A stretch of 64,000 bases of DNA. Source: Minisyncoccota bacterium. Lineage in GTDB: Bacteria > Patescibacteriota > Minisyncoccia > Phycocordibacterales > JABAAK01. Location of the stretch: NCBI GenBank assembly GCA_965204115.1, contig OZ241963.1:121475-185474 (forward strand), written 5' to 3'. Both the position numbers and the translations under genes were made by a program. Below are positions 38,881-49,221 of the stretch, in pieces (within the stretch, counting starts at the first letter, position 1; every line of letters begins with the position of its first letter). The notes below the pieces were generated by a model, which saw only the letters and a program-made list of their open reading frames with translations, was not told where the DNA came from and searched no databases.

Positions 38881-39085
38881 TTTACAAGAAAAAGGGAGGA
38901 CAAGTACATAGTCCACATAACATGATTGTTTCTCAGTCAGGTTATGCGGGCTGTGTACATGAGGTACATGAGCGACCAAAACCTTTAAACTCCTGGATTT
39001 CAACCTACAGCACGCTTTGTCTGCATATGGGATGTATGCAGCGTGTTTGGGGTTGATTTCCGTATTTCCCATAGGAGGGAAACAC

Positions 39086-39658
39086 ATGTCTGTTAAAATT
39101 GCAAAAAAAGTCACGAGCGCTCACGTTGAAAAGTCCATATCTCGCCGCAACCCGTTTGGCCTTCGTGAAAATCCTCTCTCAATCGCGCTCCAAGAGGCGA
39201 TTAATGAGTACAGAGGGGGGTTTGAAGAAGAGCCCTATGAATTTTGGAAGCTCAGAGGGGCTAATGTTTCCTATGACGAGGACGGGAGAATGGCACTGGT
39301 TGTCCAGGACGGCTCCTATGTTCGGGGAAACACGTACCGGACATTGGCCTATTTCACCCCGAGAGCTATTGAGCTCTATCATGAGTGGGTTGCCCAAAAA
39401 GGGCGCCTCGGCAGATTTGCCGCTCAACGCACTGGGTGGACGCAACCTGGTGTTGAAGGCCCGTCACTGCCGTCTTGCGTCATCGTAGTCCAAGATGCTG
39501 ATAAGTTTTTGGAAACATCTTGGGACGCGGGCACGATTGATATCGTCTCCGTGAAAGACTATGAAAATGAGCAACTTCTCGCCGAGAAACGGGAGGAGTT
39601 GCGGGAGTGCTGGCGGAACATCCGTCGGCTGAAGAAGGAAATCAGGAAGATCTCTTAA
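39086..39658 (+). CDS. Hypothetical protein (family A/B, copy A), 190 aa, cytoplasmic
   Basis: SD GGAGGGA 7 nt before the ATG. Shares ENP[LV] and G..V.[YI]D[ED][DN].[RK][MI].L...[DE]G motifs with the copy-B protein. Charged helical C-terminus. Confidence 0.6.
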   Translation: MSVKIAKKVTSAHVEKSISRRNPFGLRENPLSIALQEAINEYRGGFEEEPYEFWKLRGANVSYDEDGRMALVVQDGSYVRGNTYRTLAYFTPRAIELYHEWVAQKGRLGRFAAQRTGWTQPGVEGPSLPSCVIVVQDADKFLETSWDAGTIDIVSVKDYENEQLLAEKREELRECWRNIRRLKKEIRKIS

Positions 39659-39747
39659 ACCTCAACCTCGAACCGCCCCACCTAATGGGGCACAAAGGAG
39701 GTGTCTCTTGTAGACACTGACACTACTCCCGAAAGGGACTCCAGAAT

Positions 39748-39815
39748 GAGGGCAGCCAATGGCTGCCCTCTACATATTTTATAGACACAGCACCACACAG
39801 GTGCTGTTTTTTGTT
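39748..39815 (+). terminator. Two tandem intrinsic terminators after gene A
   Basis: GAGGGCAGCC-aatg-GCTGCCCTC + TACATATTTTA, then CAGCACC-acaca-GGTGCTG + TTTTTTGTTTT. Confidence 0.65.
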
Positions 39816-39870
39816 TTCAAACAACAGATGAAAAGCAGGGCATACTGGGGGTGGTATAAGAAATAGTACG

Positions 39871-40284
39871 ATGAATGCGAAAAAAGGGCTTTTTGATTTA
39901 TTGGGGATTCCGGAGACGGCGGTTTCGGTGCGGTTTGTGCGTGCCGGTGGGCCGGGCGGGCAGAAGGTGAACAAGACCTCTTCGGCGGTGCGGCTGTTTT
40001 TTAACACCCACTGCTTGGATGGGGAGGTGCAAAAGCGGTTGCAGCAAATTCCGAAGGCGAAGCTCAGCAAAAATGGCACACTGCTCGTCGTGGCGCGAGA
40101 ATATCGCTCGCAGCAGCAGAATATGGCTGCCGCCTATCAGCGCCTTGCTGATATGCTTTCTGTCGCCCGCCGTAAGCCAAAAATACGCATCCCCACAAAA
40201 CGAACGAATTCTTCAAATGAACGCCGTCTTACTAAGAAAAAGCAGCACAGCCAGAAGAAAGCAGAGCGTCGGTGGAGTGCATAA
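39871..40284 (+). CDS. arfB: Alternative ribosome-rescue factor ArfB (peptidyl-tRNA hydrolase, GGQ motif)
   Basis: 137 aa; RAGGPGGQKVNKTSSAVRL GGQ domain plus a basic C-terminal tail typical of ArfB/YaeJ. Confidence 0.8.
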   Translation: MNAKKGLFDLLGIPETAVSVRFVRAGGPGGQKVNKTSSAVRLFFNTHCLDGEVQKRLQQIPKAKLSKNGTLLVVAREYRSQQQNMAAAYQRLADMLSVARRKPKIRIPTKRTNSSNERRLTKKKQHSQKKAERRWSA

Positions 40285-40304
40285 TGTGAAGTATACTGGG
40301 TATA

Positions 40305-40649
40305 ATGAAGTTCAAATATGTGCTGCGGGTTTTGCTGGTGTGGGCAGTGTTGATTCTGGGGATCACCTACCTTGACGGGATAGTGTTAACAACAACGGAA
40401 TACGGTTTGGTTCCTTCGTATGTTCTGGTGTTTATTATTTTTGCCACAGTTGAGCTTTTGCTGTACCCGGCGATGAAAATATTGATACTGCCACTGCGTA
40501 TTCTGACACTCGGGCTTGCCTCAATGGCGCTGTCAGTAAACTTGGTATATCTCATTGCGTTTATCGTTCCGTTTTTCACCGTGTCTTCGCTTTGGCAGGC
40601 CGTGGTGGTGGGTGGTGGTATGGGTATCGCGCGGGTGCTGACAAAATAA
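40305..40649 (+). CDS. DUF360/YvlD-type 4-TM membrane protein (Phage_holin_4_2 superfamily)
   Basis: 114 aa; ILILPLRILTLGLASMALSVNLVYLIAFIVPFF closely matches the family's conserved core. Confidence 0.6.
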   Translation: MKFKYVLRVLLVWAVLILGITYLDGIVLTTTEYGLVPSYVLVFIIFATVELLLYPAMKILILPLRILTLGLASMALSVNLVYLIAFIVPFFTVSSLWQAVVVGGGMGIARVLTK

Positions 40650-40655
40650 AAGAGT

Positions 40656-41612
40656 ATGTTTGTAGATGAAAGGACAATCACAATAGCCGGTGGTAAGGGT
40701 GGAGATGGTGTGGTGCACTGGCGGCGGGAAAAGTTCGTCGCGAAAGGCGGCCCGGACGGCGGTAATGGCGGCAAGGGGGGTGATGCGTATATTGTGGCGG
40801 CGCGGAATATTCGCGCGCTTGAGCGGTATACCGAAGGTGAGGTGCTGCAGGCGCAAAATGGCACGAATGGCAGTGGTGTTGAGCGGGATGGCAAAGGCGG
40901 GGCAGATATGACCGTACTGGTGCCGATCGGATCGGTTGTGCTGAATAAATATACCTTAGAGCGGTTTGAGATAACGGAGGAAGGGCAGCGGATACTGGTC
41001 GCTGCCGGCGGCAAGGGTGGATTCGGCAATGCGCATTTTAAAAGCTCGGTGAACACCACACCGACCAGAGCGACTGATGGGCAGGAAGGGCAGTCGTACG
41101 AGTTCTATATAGAGCTGCACATTATCGCTGATGTCGGCATCATTGGCTTTCCGAACGCGGGGAAGTCAACGCTCCTCAACACGCTCACCAATGCGTCCGC
41201 GCGGGTTGCCGCGTACCCTTTTACCACGCTTGAGCCGAATCTCGGCATGTTTCACAGCTATACGCTTGCTGATATTCCGGGGTTGATAGAGAACGCCTCG
41301 CAGGGAAAAGGGCTGGGGCATAAATTCTTGCGGCATATTTCCCGCACACGCATGCTGATACATATGGTATCCGCTGAAGAAGAGGACCCGGCAAAAGCAT
41401 ACCAAACTATCCGTGATGAACTCTCAGCGTATGATAAAGCCCTCCTCGAAAAACGGGAGGTTGTCGTGCTGTCCAAGACAGACGCCGTTGACCCGGCCGT
41501 CGCCGAAGATCGCCTCAGCAAGCTGCCGAACGGAGCACTGTCGCTCACCATCCTTGACGATGACTCAATTACCGCATTTAGCAAAAAACTATCTCAAGTG
41601 TTGACTGCTTGA
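40656..41612 (+). CDS. obg: GTPase Obg/CgtA
   Basis: Gly-rich Obg fold (GGKGGDGVV..., GGNGGKGG). G-domain GFPNAGKST, DIPGLIE, SKTD. Confidence 0.9.
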   Translation: MFVDERTITIAGGKGGDGVVHWRREKFVAKGGPDGGNGGKGGDAYIVAARNIRALERYTEGEVLQAQNGTNGSGVERDGKGGADMTVLVPIGSVVLNKYTLERFEITEEGQRILVAAGGKGGFGNAHFKSSVNTTPTRATDGQEGQSYEFYIELHIIADVGIIGFPNAGKSTLLNTLTNASARVAAYPFTTLEPNLGMFHSYTLADIPGLIENASQGKGLGHKFLRHISRTRMLIHMVSAEEEDPAKAYQTIRDELSAYDKALLEKREVVVLSKTDAVDPAVAEDRLSKLPNGALSLTILDDDSITAFSKKLSQVLTA

Positions 41613-41634
41613 CTGGGCAAGTTGCAGCTACAGT

Positions 41635-42339
41635 GTGGTATGGTGGGCGTGTATGTACATGCAGAAGATTACCGAGTGGCTGGGTGGATTTATTGTGCGT
41701 GATGAACCGCGCGGTGGTCGAGTGTGGGTATTTCTTGATGAGAGTGGAACTTTTAGTTTTGGGGTCAGGTCGTCAAAGTGCTTTGTGGTGGCGTGTGTGG
41801 TAACAAAAGATGTGCGCGGTGTTGAGCGGGTGGCGCGGAAGGTGTTTCGAGGGCTTTTGAAAAAGGAGCGGAAGAAAAGGAAGGGAGCGATGCTGCATGC
41901 GCATAAAGAGACAGACAGGATTCGGATGCAGTTTTTGAAACTGTTTGCTGCGCATAAACAGTCACGGGCATCTGCACTGATTGTAGAAAAAGAAAAGGTA
42001 CCGGAACGCTTGCGTGGTGAGGTGCATTTTTTCTATAACCACTGTGTTGAGCAGCTGATCAGTGCAGTGATCAAAAAGTATCAATGTGCTGACATTACGC
42101 TGATTGCGTCGCGACGAGAGACAAACAAGCACTTAGATCGGATGTTCTCTGAGCACATACAAAATAGTATACAAAAACGGCATAACCTTGCTGTGCATGT
42201 AAAGGTCATACCTCCGTCTATTGACTGGTCGCTGCAGGTTGCTGATTTTGTTGCATGGGCAGTATTTCAGAAATACGAGAAAGGCGATAGTCGGTATTGT
42301 GATACGCTCGGTGGTGTTGATGAGGTGTTTTACTCATAA
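41635..42339 (+). CDS. DUF3800-family protein
   Basis: N-terminal FLDESG and C-terminal LQVADFVAWAV match the two hallmark motifs (DES...QxxD) of the family. The true start is probably an internal Met. Confidence 0.55.
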   Translation: MVWWACMYMQKITEWLGGFIVRDEPRGGRVWVFLDESGTFSFGVRSSKCFVVACVVTKDVRGVERVARKVFRGLLKKERKKRKGAMLHAHKETDRIRMQFLKLFAAHKQSRASALIVEKEKVPERLRGEVHFFYNHCVEQLISAVIKKYQCADITLIASRRETNKHLDRMFSEHIQNSIQKRHNLAVHVKVIPPSIDWSLQVADFVAWAVFQKYEKGDSRYCDTLGGVDEVFYS

Positions 42340-42546
42340 CCTGTTTGTCAGGCATGAGCAAAGCCCCAAGCCATTACGCGGGTCGCCTCCGGCGACCCCG
42401 ACTTGAGGTCTTACTTACTCATAGGTAGTGTACTTGACAGAACCCTTGCTGTCAATAGATGAGGTGTGGATAAAGAATGTTCTGCAAAAGGTAAATTGGG
42501 GGATTTTTTGCTGTTTATGGCTATCTCTGTATGGTATACTATCTTT

Positions 42547-42927
42547 ATGAAAAAAGAGACACATCCTGAGGTGCATCCTGTGATATTCCGTGATACGGGC
42601 GCGGAGGTTGATTTTACTGGGTTGTCAACGGCGACCTCTGAGGAGAAAGAAGTTATTGACGGCGTTGAGCATTTTGTTATTCCGATTGAAATCAGCTCGG
42701 CAAGCCATCCCTTTTACACTGGGGAAGAAAACATTATTGATGCTGCCGGACGGGTTGAAAAGTTTAAAGCGCGAGCGGAAAAGAAGGCAGCCGCAGGGAA
42801 ACCGCAGCGAGAGACGCGCCCTGCCAAAGAGCGAAAGGTAAAAAATATTTTAGCGGGCGGACAGAGTCAGCCGTCATCCGAATCGCAAAAAAGCGCGGCA
42901 AAAAAGAAAGGAGAACACCAACAGTAA
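42547..42927 (+). CDS. rpmE: Ribosomal protein bL31 (type B, no Zn ribbon) with a ~55-aa Lys-rich C-terminal extension
   Basis: MKKETHPEVHPVIFRDTGAEVDF...HPFYTG. Extended -10 TGGTATACT upstream. Confidence 0.8.
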   Translation: MKKETHPEVHPVIFRDTGAEVDFTGLSTATSEEKEVIDGVEHFVIPIEISSASHPFYTGEENIIDAAGRVEKFKARAEKKAAAGKPQRETRPAKERKVKNILAGGQSQPSSESQKSAAKKKGEHQQ

Positions 42928-42951
42928 CGATGGTGTTGCACCAAGATACTT

Positions 42952-43920
42952 ATGGACACTATAGCGCAGTATGAATCAGACCCTCGGACGATGTATATCG
43001 TGAAAGAGTACCGACGATTGCAGGAAGAGCTCAAGGGGCTTGATGGCATGCAGCAGGAAGGAATGGAATCGTTGGTGCAGGAGGAACGAGACGCGCTGCA
43101 AGAGCAGATGAAAGTGTTAGAGGAGCAAATACAGACCATTGTAAAAGAGGATGATGCCGCTGAAGAAAATGCTAACGAGGTCATACTGGAGGTTCGTGCC
43201 GGTGCCGGCGGGGATGAGGCATCTATTTTCGCGCGTGATCTTGCCGTGATGTATGAGAAGTACGCGAGCAGCAAAGGATACTCATTTTCTAAAGTGTCAA
43301 TCTCTGAAAATAACATTGACGGCTACAAAGAGGCGTCGTTTCAGATACGGGGGAAGGAGGTGTATGGAGTATTTCGTTTTGAAACCGGTGTTCATCGGGT
43401 GCAGCGCGTACCGGCAACTGAGAAATCCGGTCGGATACATACTTCTACTGCATCTGTGGCTGTCTTGCCGATACGCAAAAAACAATCCGCTGAGCTCGAT
43501 CCTAATGATATACAAATGGAGTTCTCTCGTGCCGGTGGTGCCGGTGGGCAGAATGTAAACAAAGTTGAGTCAGCGGTGCGCATGGTGCATATCCCGACCG
43601 GCACTGAGGTGCGCTGTACCGAAGAGCGAACACAGCAGCGCAACCGAGAGCGGGCGCTGGAGATTTTAACGGCGAAAGTTGCACAAGAGCAGGAGGCGAA
43701 AGCAGCGAAAGAGTATGCCTCAATACGAAAATCGCAAATCGGCACCGGGGATCGCTCTGAGAAAATTCGCACCTACAATATTCTTCAAGACCGTGTGACG
43801 GATCATCGTATAAAAAAGAGTTGGTCAAACATTGAGGGTGTTTTTGCCGGTGAATTAGATCCGATTGTTGATGCGCTTCAAGAGATATCAGCAGAGGGGG
43901 AAGGTGATGCCTCAGAATAG
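42952..43920 (+). CDS. prfA: Peptide chain release factor 1
   Basis: PAT tripeptide (RVPATE) and the GGQ motif (AGGAGGQNVNKVESAVR). Confidence 0.9.
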   Translation: MDTIAQYESDPRTMYIVKEYRRLQEELKGLDGMQQEGMESLVQEERDALQEQMKVLEEQIQTIVKEDDAAEENANEVILEVRAGAGGDEASIFARDLAVMYEKYASSKGYSFSKVSISENNIDGYKEASFQIRGKEVYGVFRFETGVHRVQRVPATEKSGRIHTSTASVAVLPIRKKQSAELDPNDIQMEFSRAGGAGGQNVNKVESAVRMVHIPTGTEVRCTEERTQQRNRERALEILTAKVAQEQEAKAAKEYASIRKSQIGTGDRSEKIRTYNILQDRVTDHRIKKSWSNIEGVFAGELDPIVDALQEISAEGEGDASE

Positions 43921-44059
43921 GTATGGCAATGATAGGTTGACATCTATCTATTTTATGGCATAATGAATTAAACCTTATTTTTATAAGGGGTGTATGAATT
44001 TGTATTCTATATGCTCCTTATCAGACTCTGAAATTTTATATGCCCAGGAGGCAAGAGCA

Positions 44060-44551
44060 ATGAAATTGTCAAGACAGATTTTTCTGATAACTTTGATTTT
44101 AGTGACTGCGATAATTATAGTAGGGTGCGGCGATGGGCCGGAGCAAGTCGTGTTGCCCGAATACGAAATCCAACCAGGTGATGCTACAGCCCCTCTTGAT
44201 CCGGTGACCATTCTTGACTTAAAAGTCGGTGAGGGGGATCTCGCAGAGCCGCCAAACACAGTGAGCGTGGGGTATGTCGGCACGCGAATTGACCCGGAAA
44301 CAGGTGTAGAGCTTATTTTTGACCAAATGACCGATCGCCATCTCCCATTTGTTTTCCAGTTGGGCGACGAGCAGGTGATCCCGGGATTTGAAATAGGTGT
44401 GACAGGTATGCGAGTCGGCGGGAAGCGACTGGTCACCATCCAGCCGGAGATGGGATACGGTGATCAACAGGTGGCCAGCATTCCGCCGAACACAACGCTG
44501 CATTTCTTGATTGAGCTGTATGAGGTTAAATTTGAAGAGGGTTTAGAGTAA
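44060..44551 (+). CDS. FKBP-type peptidyl-prolyl cis-trans isomerase lipoprotein
   Basis: Signal peptide + lipobox IVGCG. FKBP domain (...GDEQVIPGFEIGVTGMRVGGKR...IPPNTTLHFLIELYEV). Confidence 0.8.
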   Translation: MKLSRQIFLITLILVTAIIIVGCGDGPEQVVLPEYEIQPGDATAPLDPVTILDLKVGEGDLAEPPNTVSVGYVGTRIDPETGVELIFDQMTDRHLPFVFQLGDEQVIPGFEIGVTGMRVGGKRLVTIQPEMGYGDQQVASIPPNTTLHFLIELYEVKFEEGLE

Positions 44552-44573
44552 CCTGTTCTTTGCGGGCGGAGAT

Positions 44574-44606
44574 GGGAGACCAAACAGGTCTCCCATTTTT
44601 CTTTTT
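44574..44606 (+). terminator. Intrinsic terminator GGGAGACC-aaaca-GGTCTCCC + ATTTTTCTTTTT (second copy of the element at 14629)
   Basis: Near-identical stem and 3' tail to the secA-upstream terminator. The upstream ctgttcttt is also shared. Confidence 0.8.
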
Positions 44607-44651
44607 ATAAAAAATCTTGTTTGATGTGGCAAGCAGCGGACAGACCGATGA

Positions 44652-46691
<2,040 letters not shown>

Positions 46692-46754
46692 CCCGGAGAT
46701 TAAAGGGCGAGGGTGATATTGTGCTACACTGGAGAAAAGGCACTATTTATACTT

Positions 46755-47627
46755 ATGGAAAAAGAAGATCGGAAAAGGAGGATGCAGGAGATTGAGGCGG
46801 CTATGGGGCTGCCTGATTTTTGGGAGGACCCGGAGGCTGCACAGCAGACAGTGCGGGAGTATAATGAGTTGAAAGAGACCGGATCAGTGCGGCAGGCATT
46901 TCCGGCAGTGCTGCATATTATCGCCGGGACGGGCGGTGATGACGCGGAGGATTTTGCTCGCATGCTCGCCACAATGTACCAACGCTATGCTGAAGGGAAG
47001 GGGTTTGCGGTATATGAAATAGAGAAGCACCAAACACCGCAAGGAGGTTATAAAAATATCAGTATTGAGGTCGCGGATAAGCGGGCCTATGAACTGCTTA
47101 AGCATGAGGCAGGTGTTCATCGGTTGGTTCGTATCTCGCCGTTTAACGCAAAAAAACAGCGACACACCTCATTCGCATTGGTGGATGTCATCCCGAAGTT
47201 ACCGCCATTACAAGAAGTGGAAATTCCGGAGCGTGACCTTGCTATTGATTTTACTAATTCCGGAGGTCCCGGCGGGCAGAATGTCAACAAACGAAAAACT
47301 GCGGTGCGGGTTAAGCATATACCGTCCGGTATCACTGTTCGAGTAGAGCAAGAGCGTTCGCAAGCCCAAAACAAAGAACTCGGTCTGGAAATATTGCGCG
47401 GCAAACTCTTCGCTCTGATGCAACAAAAACGAGTGGCAACATTGCGTGACCTTTCGTTTGATAAGGCGACTGAGATAGAGTGGGGGAATCAAATCCGCTC
47501 GTATGTCCTGCATCCCTACAAGATGGTGAAAGACCTTCGTGTCGACTACACAGAGCGCGATCCTGACGAGGTCTTTGACGGTAATCTGGATGGTTTTGTA
47601 GAGGCATTGAAACAACACACAGAGTAA
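46755..47627 (+). CDS. prfB: Peptide chain release factor 2; contiguous ORF with no programmed +1 frameshift site and a short N-terminus
   Basis: SPF tripeptide (RISPFNAKKQRHTS) and the GGQ motif (SGGPGGQNVNKRKTAVR). No CTT-TGA-C frameshift window between ligA and the ORF. Confidence 0.8.
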   Translation: MEKEDRKRRMQEIEAAMGLPDFWEDPEAAQQTVREYNELKETGSVRQAFPAVLHIIAGTGGDDAEDFARMLATMYQRYAEGKGFAVYEIEKHQTPQGGYKNISIEVADKRAYELLKHEAGVHRLVRISPFNAKKQRHTSFALVDVIPKLPPLQEVEIPERDLAIDFTNSGGPGGQNVNKRKTAVRVKHIPSGITVRVEQERSQAQNKELGLEILRGKLFALMQQKRVATLRDLSFDKATEIEWGNQIRSYVLHPYKMVKDLRVDYTERDPDEVFDGNLDGFVEALKQHTE

Positions 47628-47672
47628 GTTGGGTATCTATTGAGGTTAGATTTAGTGGTACCATACTGCTAT

Positions 47673-48470
47673 ATGGATGGCTTGTTGTCTTTGTTTCTTT
47701 TGGCGGTGACGCAGGGAGTGACGGAATTTTTGCCGATCTCTTCTTCGGCACACTTGGTACTGTTGGGCGAGGTATTCGGGGGTGAGCAGGGGGCAGGTAT
47801 CACTATTGTGCTGCATGGCGCCACCTTGATTGCAGTGCTCTGCTACTTTAGAAGAGATCTCTGCCGTCTGCTGCGTGCGCTTTTCTCTCGCAGGGCATCA
47901 AAAGATCGAGAGATGGTCGGTGCTGTGGTACTGGCAACCCTGCCGGTCGCAGTTGCAGGATTTTTCATTTATCCGATGTTTTCTCTGCTCCAAACTGTGC
48001 CTATTGTTGCAGGAGCGTTGGTGCTGTCAGGATCGCTGCTCATTCTCGCTGACTATGGTGTGCAGAAAAAATGGGTGAAGGTGGAGATACCGCTGTGGCG
48101 AAAGGGTGTCGGTGTCGGACTGATGCAGGTGTTTGCGTTGATTCCGGGCGTTTCCCGATCCGGCATCACTATTGCCGGCGGGCGACTGCTTGGTTTTTCA
48201 AGGAGGGAGGCAGTGCGATTTTCTTTTTTGCTGGCGATTCCGACCATCGCCGGAGCACTGGTGTTACTGCTTGCGCAGACACCTTTAGCCGCCGTGTCGT
48301 TTGATGGTATTGAAGGTGGGGTGCTCATCCTTGCTGCCGCCATAGCCGGAGGTGTCGGTTACGCCACTATACATCTCTTCATACGGTTGGTAGAGCGTGT
48401 CGGTTTCCTGCCGTTTTTTTGCTATCAGGTTGCGTTGGGAGCGACACTGCTTTTCTTAGCGGTTGTTTAG
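47673..48470 (+). CDS. uppP: Undecaprenyl-diphosphatase UppP/BacA
   Basis: TEFLPISSSAHL, PGVSRSGITI and 8-TM architecture. Confidence 0.85.
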   Translation: MDGLLSLFLLAVTQGVTEFLPISSSAHLVLLGEVFGGEQGAGITIVLHGATLIAVLCYFRRDLCRLLRALFSRRASKDREMVGAVVLATLPVAVAGFFIYPMFSLLQTVPIVAGALVLSGSLLILADYGVQKKWVKVEIPLWRKGVGVGLMQVFALIPGVSRSGITIAGGRLLGFSRREAVRFSFLLAIPTIAGALVLLLAQTPLAAVSFDGIEGGVLILAAAIAGGVGYATIHLFIRLVERVGFLPFFCYQVALGATLLFLAVV

Positions 48471-48703
48471 ACCGGGGTACTGGTGGCGAACTCGCTGCAG
48501 CGTTATTTCATCGTGGGTGCGCGGCGTTCTGTCCAGTCCGTATGGAGGCTCGGTAACAACGATGTAGTAAAGCCATAAACACGCGATGACTGTCACGAAT
48601 ATGTAGGGCATTTTCATACCAATAGTGTACCACCACTACACCTGATTTTTCGTTAATCCACAACATACTTGTTGACAAGAGAAAAGCGTGCTATATTCAA
48701 AGA

Positions 48704-49162
48704 ATGGCAAATACCAACGAAAATCATATCACCGCCGATGAGAAATCGGAAATTGAGGCGGAATTAAAAAAACTTATAGAGACAAAGCGACCGGAGGTGA
48801 TTGAGGAGCTGCGTGTTGCGCGTGCGTATGGTGACTTGAGTGAAAATGCGGAGTATGACGCTGCTCGCAAAAAACAGGGTATCATTGAGGGTCGTATCAA
48901 TGAAATAGAGGCCATTTTGAAAACTGCGATTGTGGTAGAGGAAGATCATGGTAGGGATGTCGTTACGATCGGCAATTCAGTTACGGTGAAAGTGGAGGGC
49001 GAAGGGAAAAAGGTGTACGACATCGGCGTGGAAGGGAATGGACTGGAGGTATCCTCACACTCACCAATAGCGGAAGCGTTACTGGGTAAACAAAAAGGGG
49101 ACGCCGTGATGGCTAAGCTGCCGAAAGGCGCTGTGGAGATGACTATTCAGAGTATCAAGTGA
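48704..49162 (+). CDS. greA: Transcription elongation factor GreA
   Basis: N-terminal coiled-coil with the conserved acidic tip (ARAYGDLSENAEYDAA). C-terminal FKBP-like domain. Confidence 0.9.
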   Translation: MANTNENHITADEKSEIEAELKKLIETKRPEVIEELRVARAYGDLSENAEYDAARKKQGIIEGRINEIEAILKTAIVVEEDHGRDVVTIGNSVTVKVEGEGKKVYDIGVEGNGLEVSSHSPIAEALLGKQKGDAVMAKLPKGAVEMTIQSIK

Positions 49163-49221
49163 CGCGTGTGATACAGCAAACCTGTTTTAAACGGGTGTAT
49201 ACTACAGATAGTTTGTTTGCT

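Noticed and set aside
38577-39056. 159-aa + strand ORF (and minus-strand ORFs 38618-38836, 38833-39114) overlapping the cassette
   Set aside because: They run through the conserved non-coding module and promoter. They have no SD, and their reading frames are not conserved between the two copies. They are treated as spurious.
46692-46760. Searched for the RF2 programmed frameshift (SD-like + CTT TGA C)
   Set aside because: No CTT TGA motif or upstream frame-0 mini-ORF exists between the ligA stop and the prfB ORF.
48460-48617. Possible 52-aa minus-strand membrane peptide (MKMPYIFVTVIACLWLYYIVVTEPP...) between uppP and greA
   Set aside because: It has no SD and overlaps the uppP 3' end and the greA promoter region. 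It falls below the confidence threshold without conservation data.
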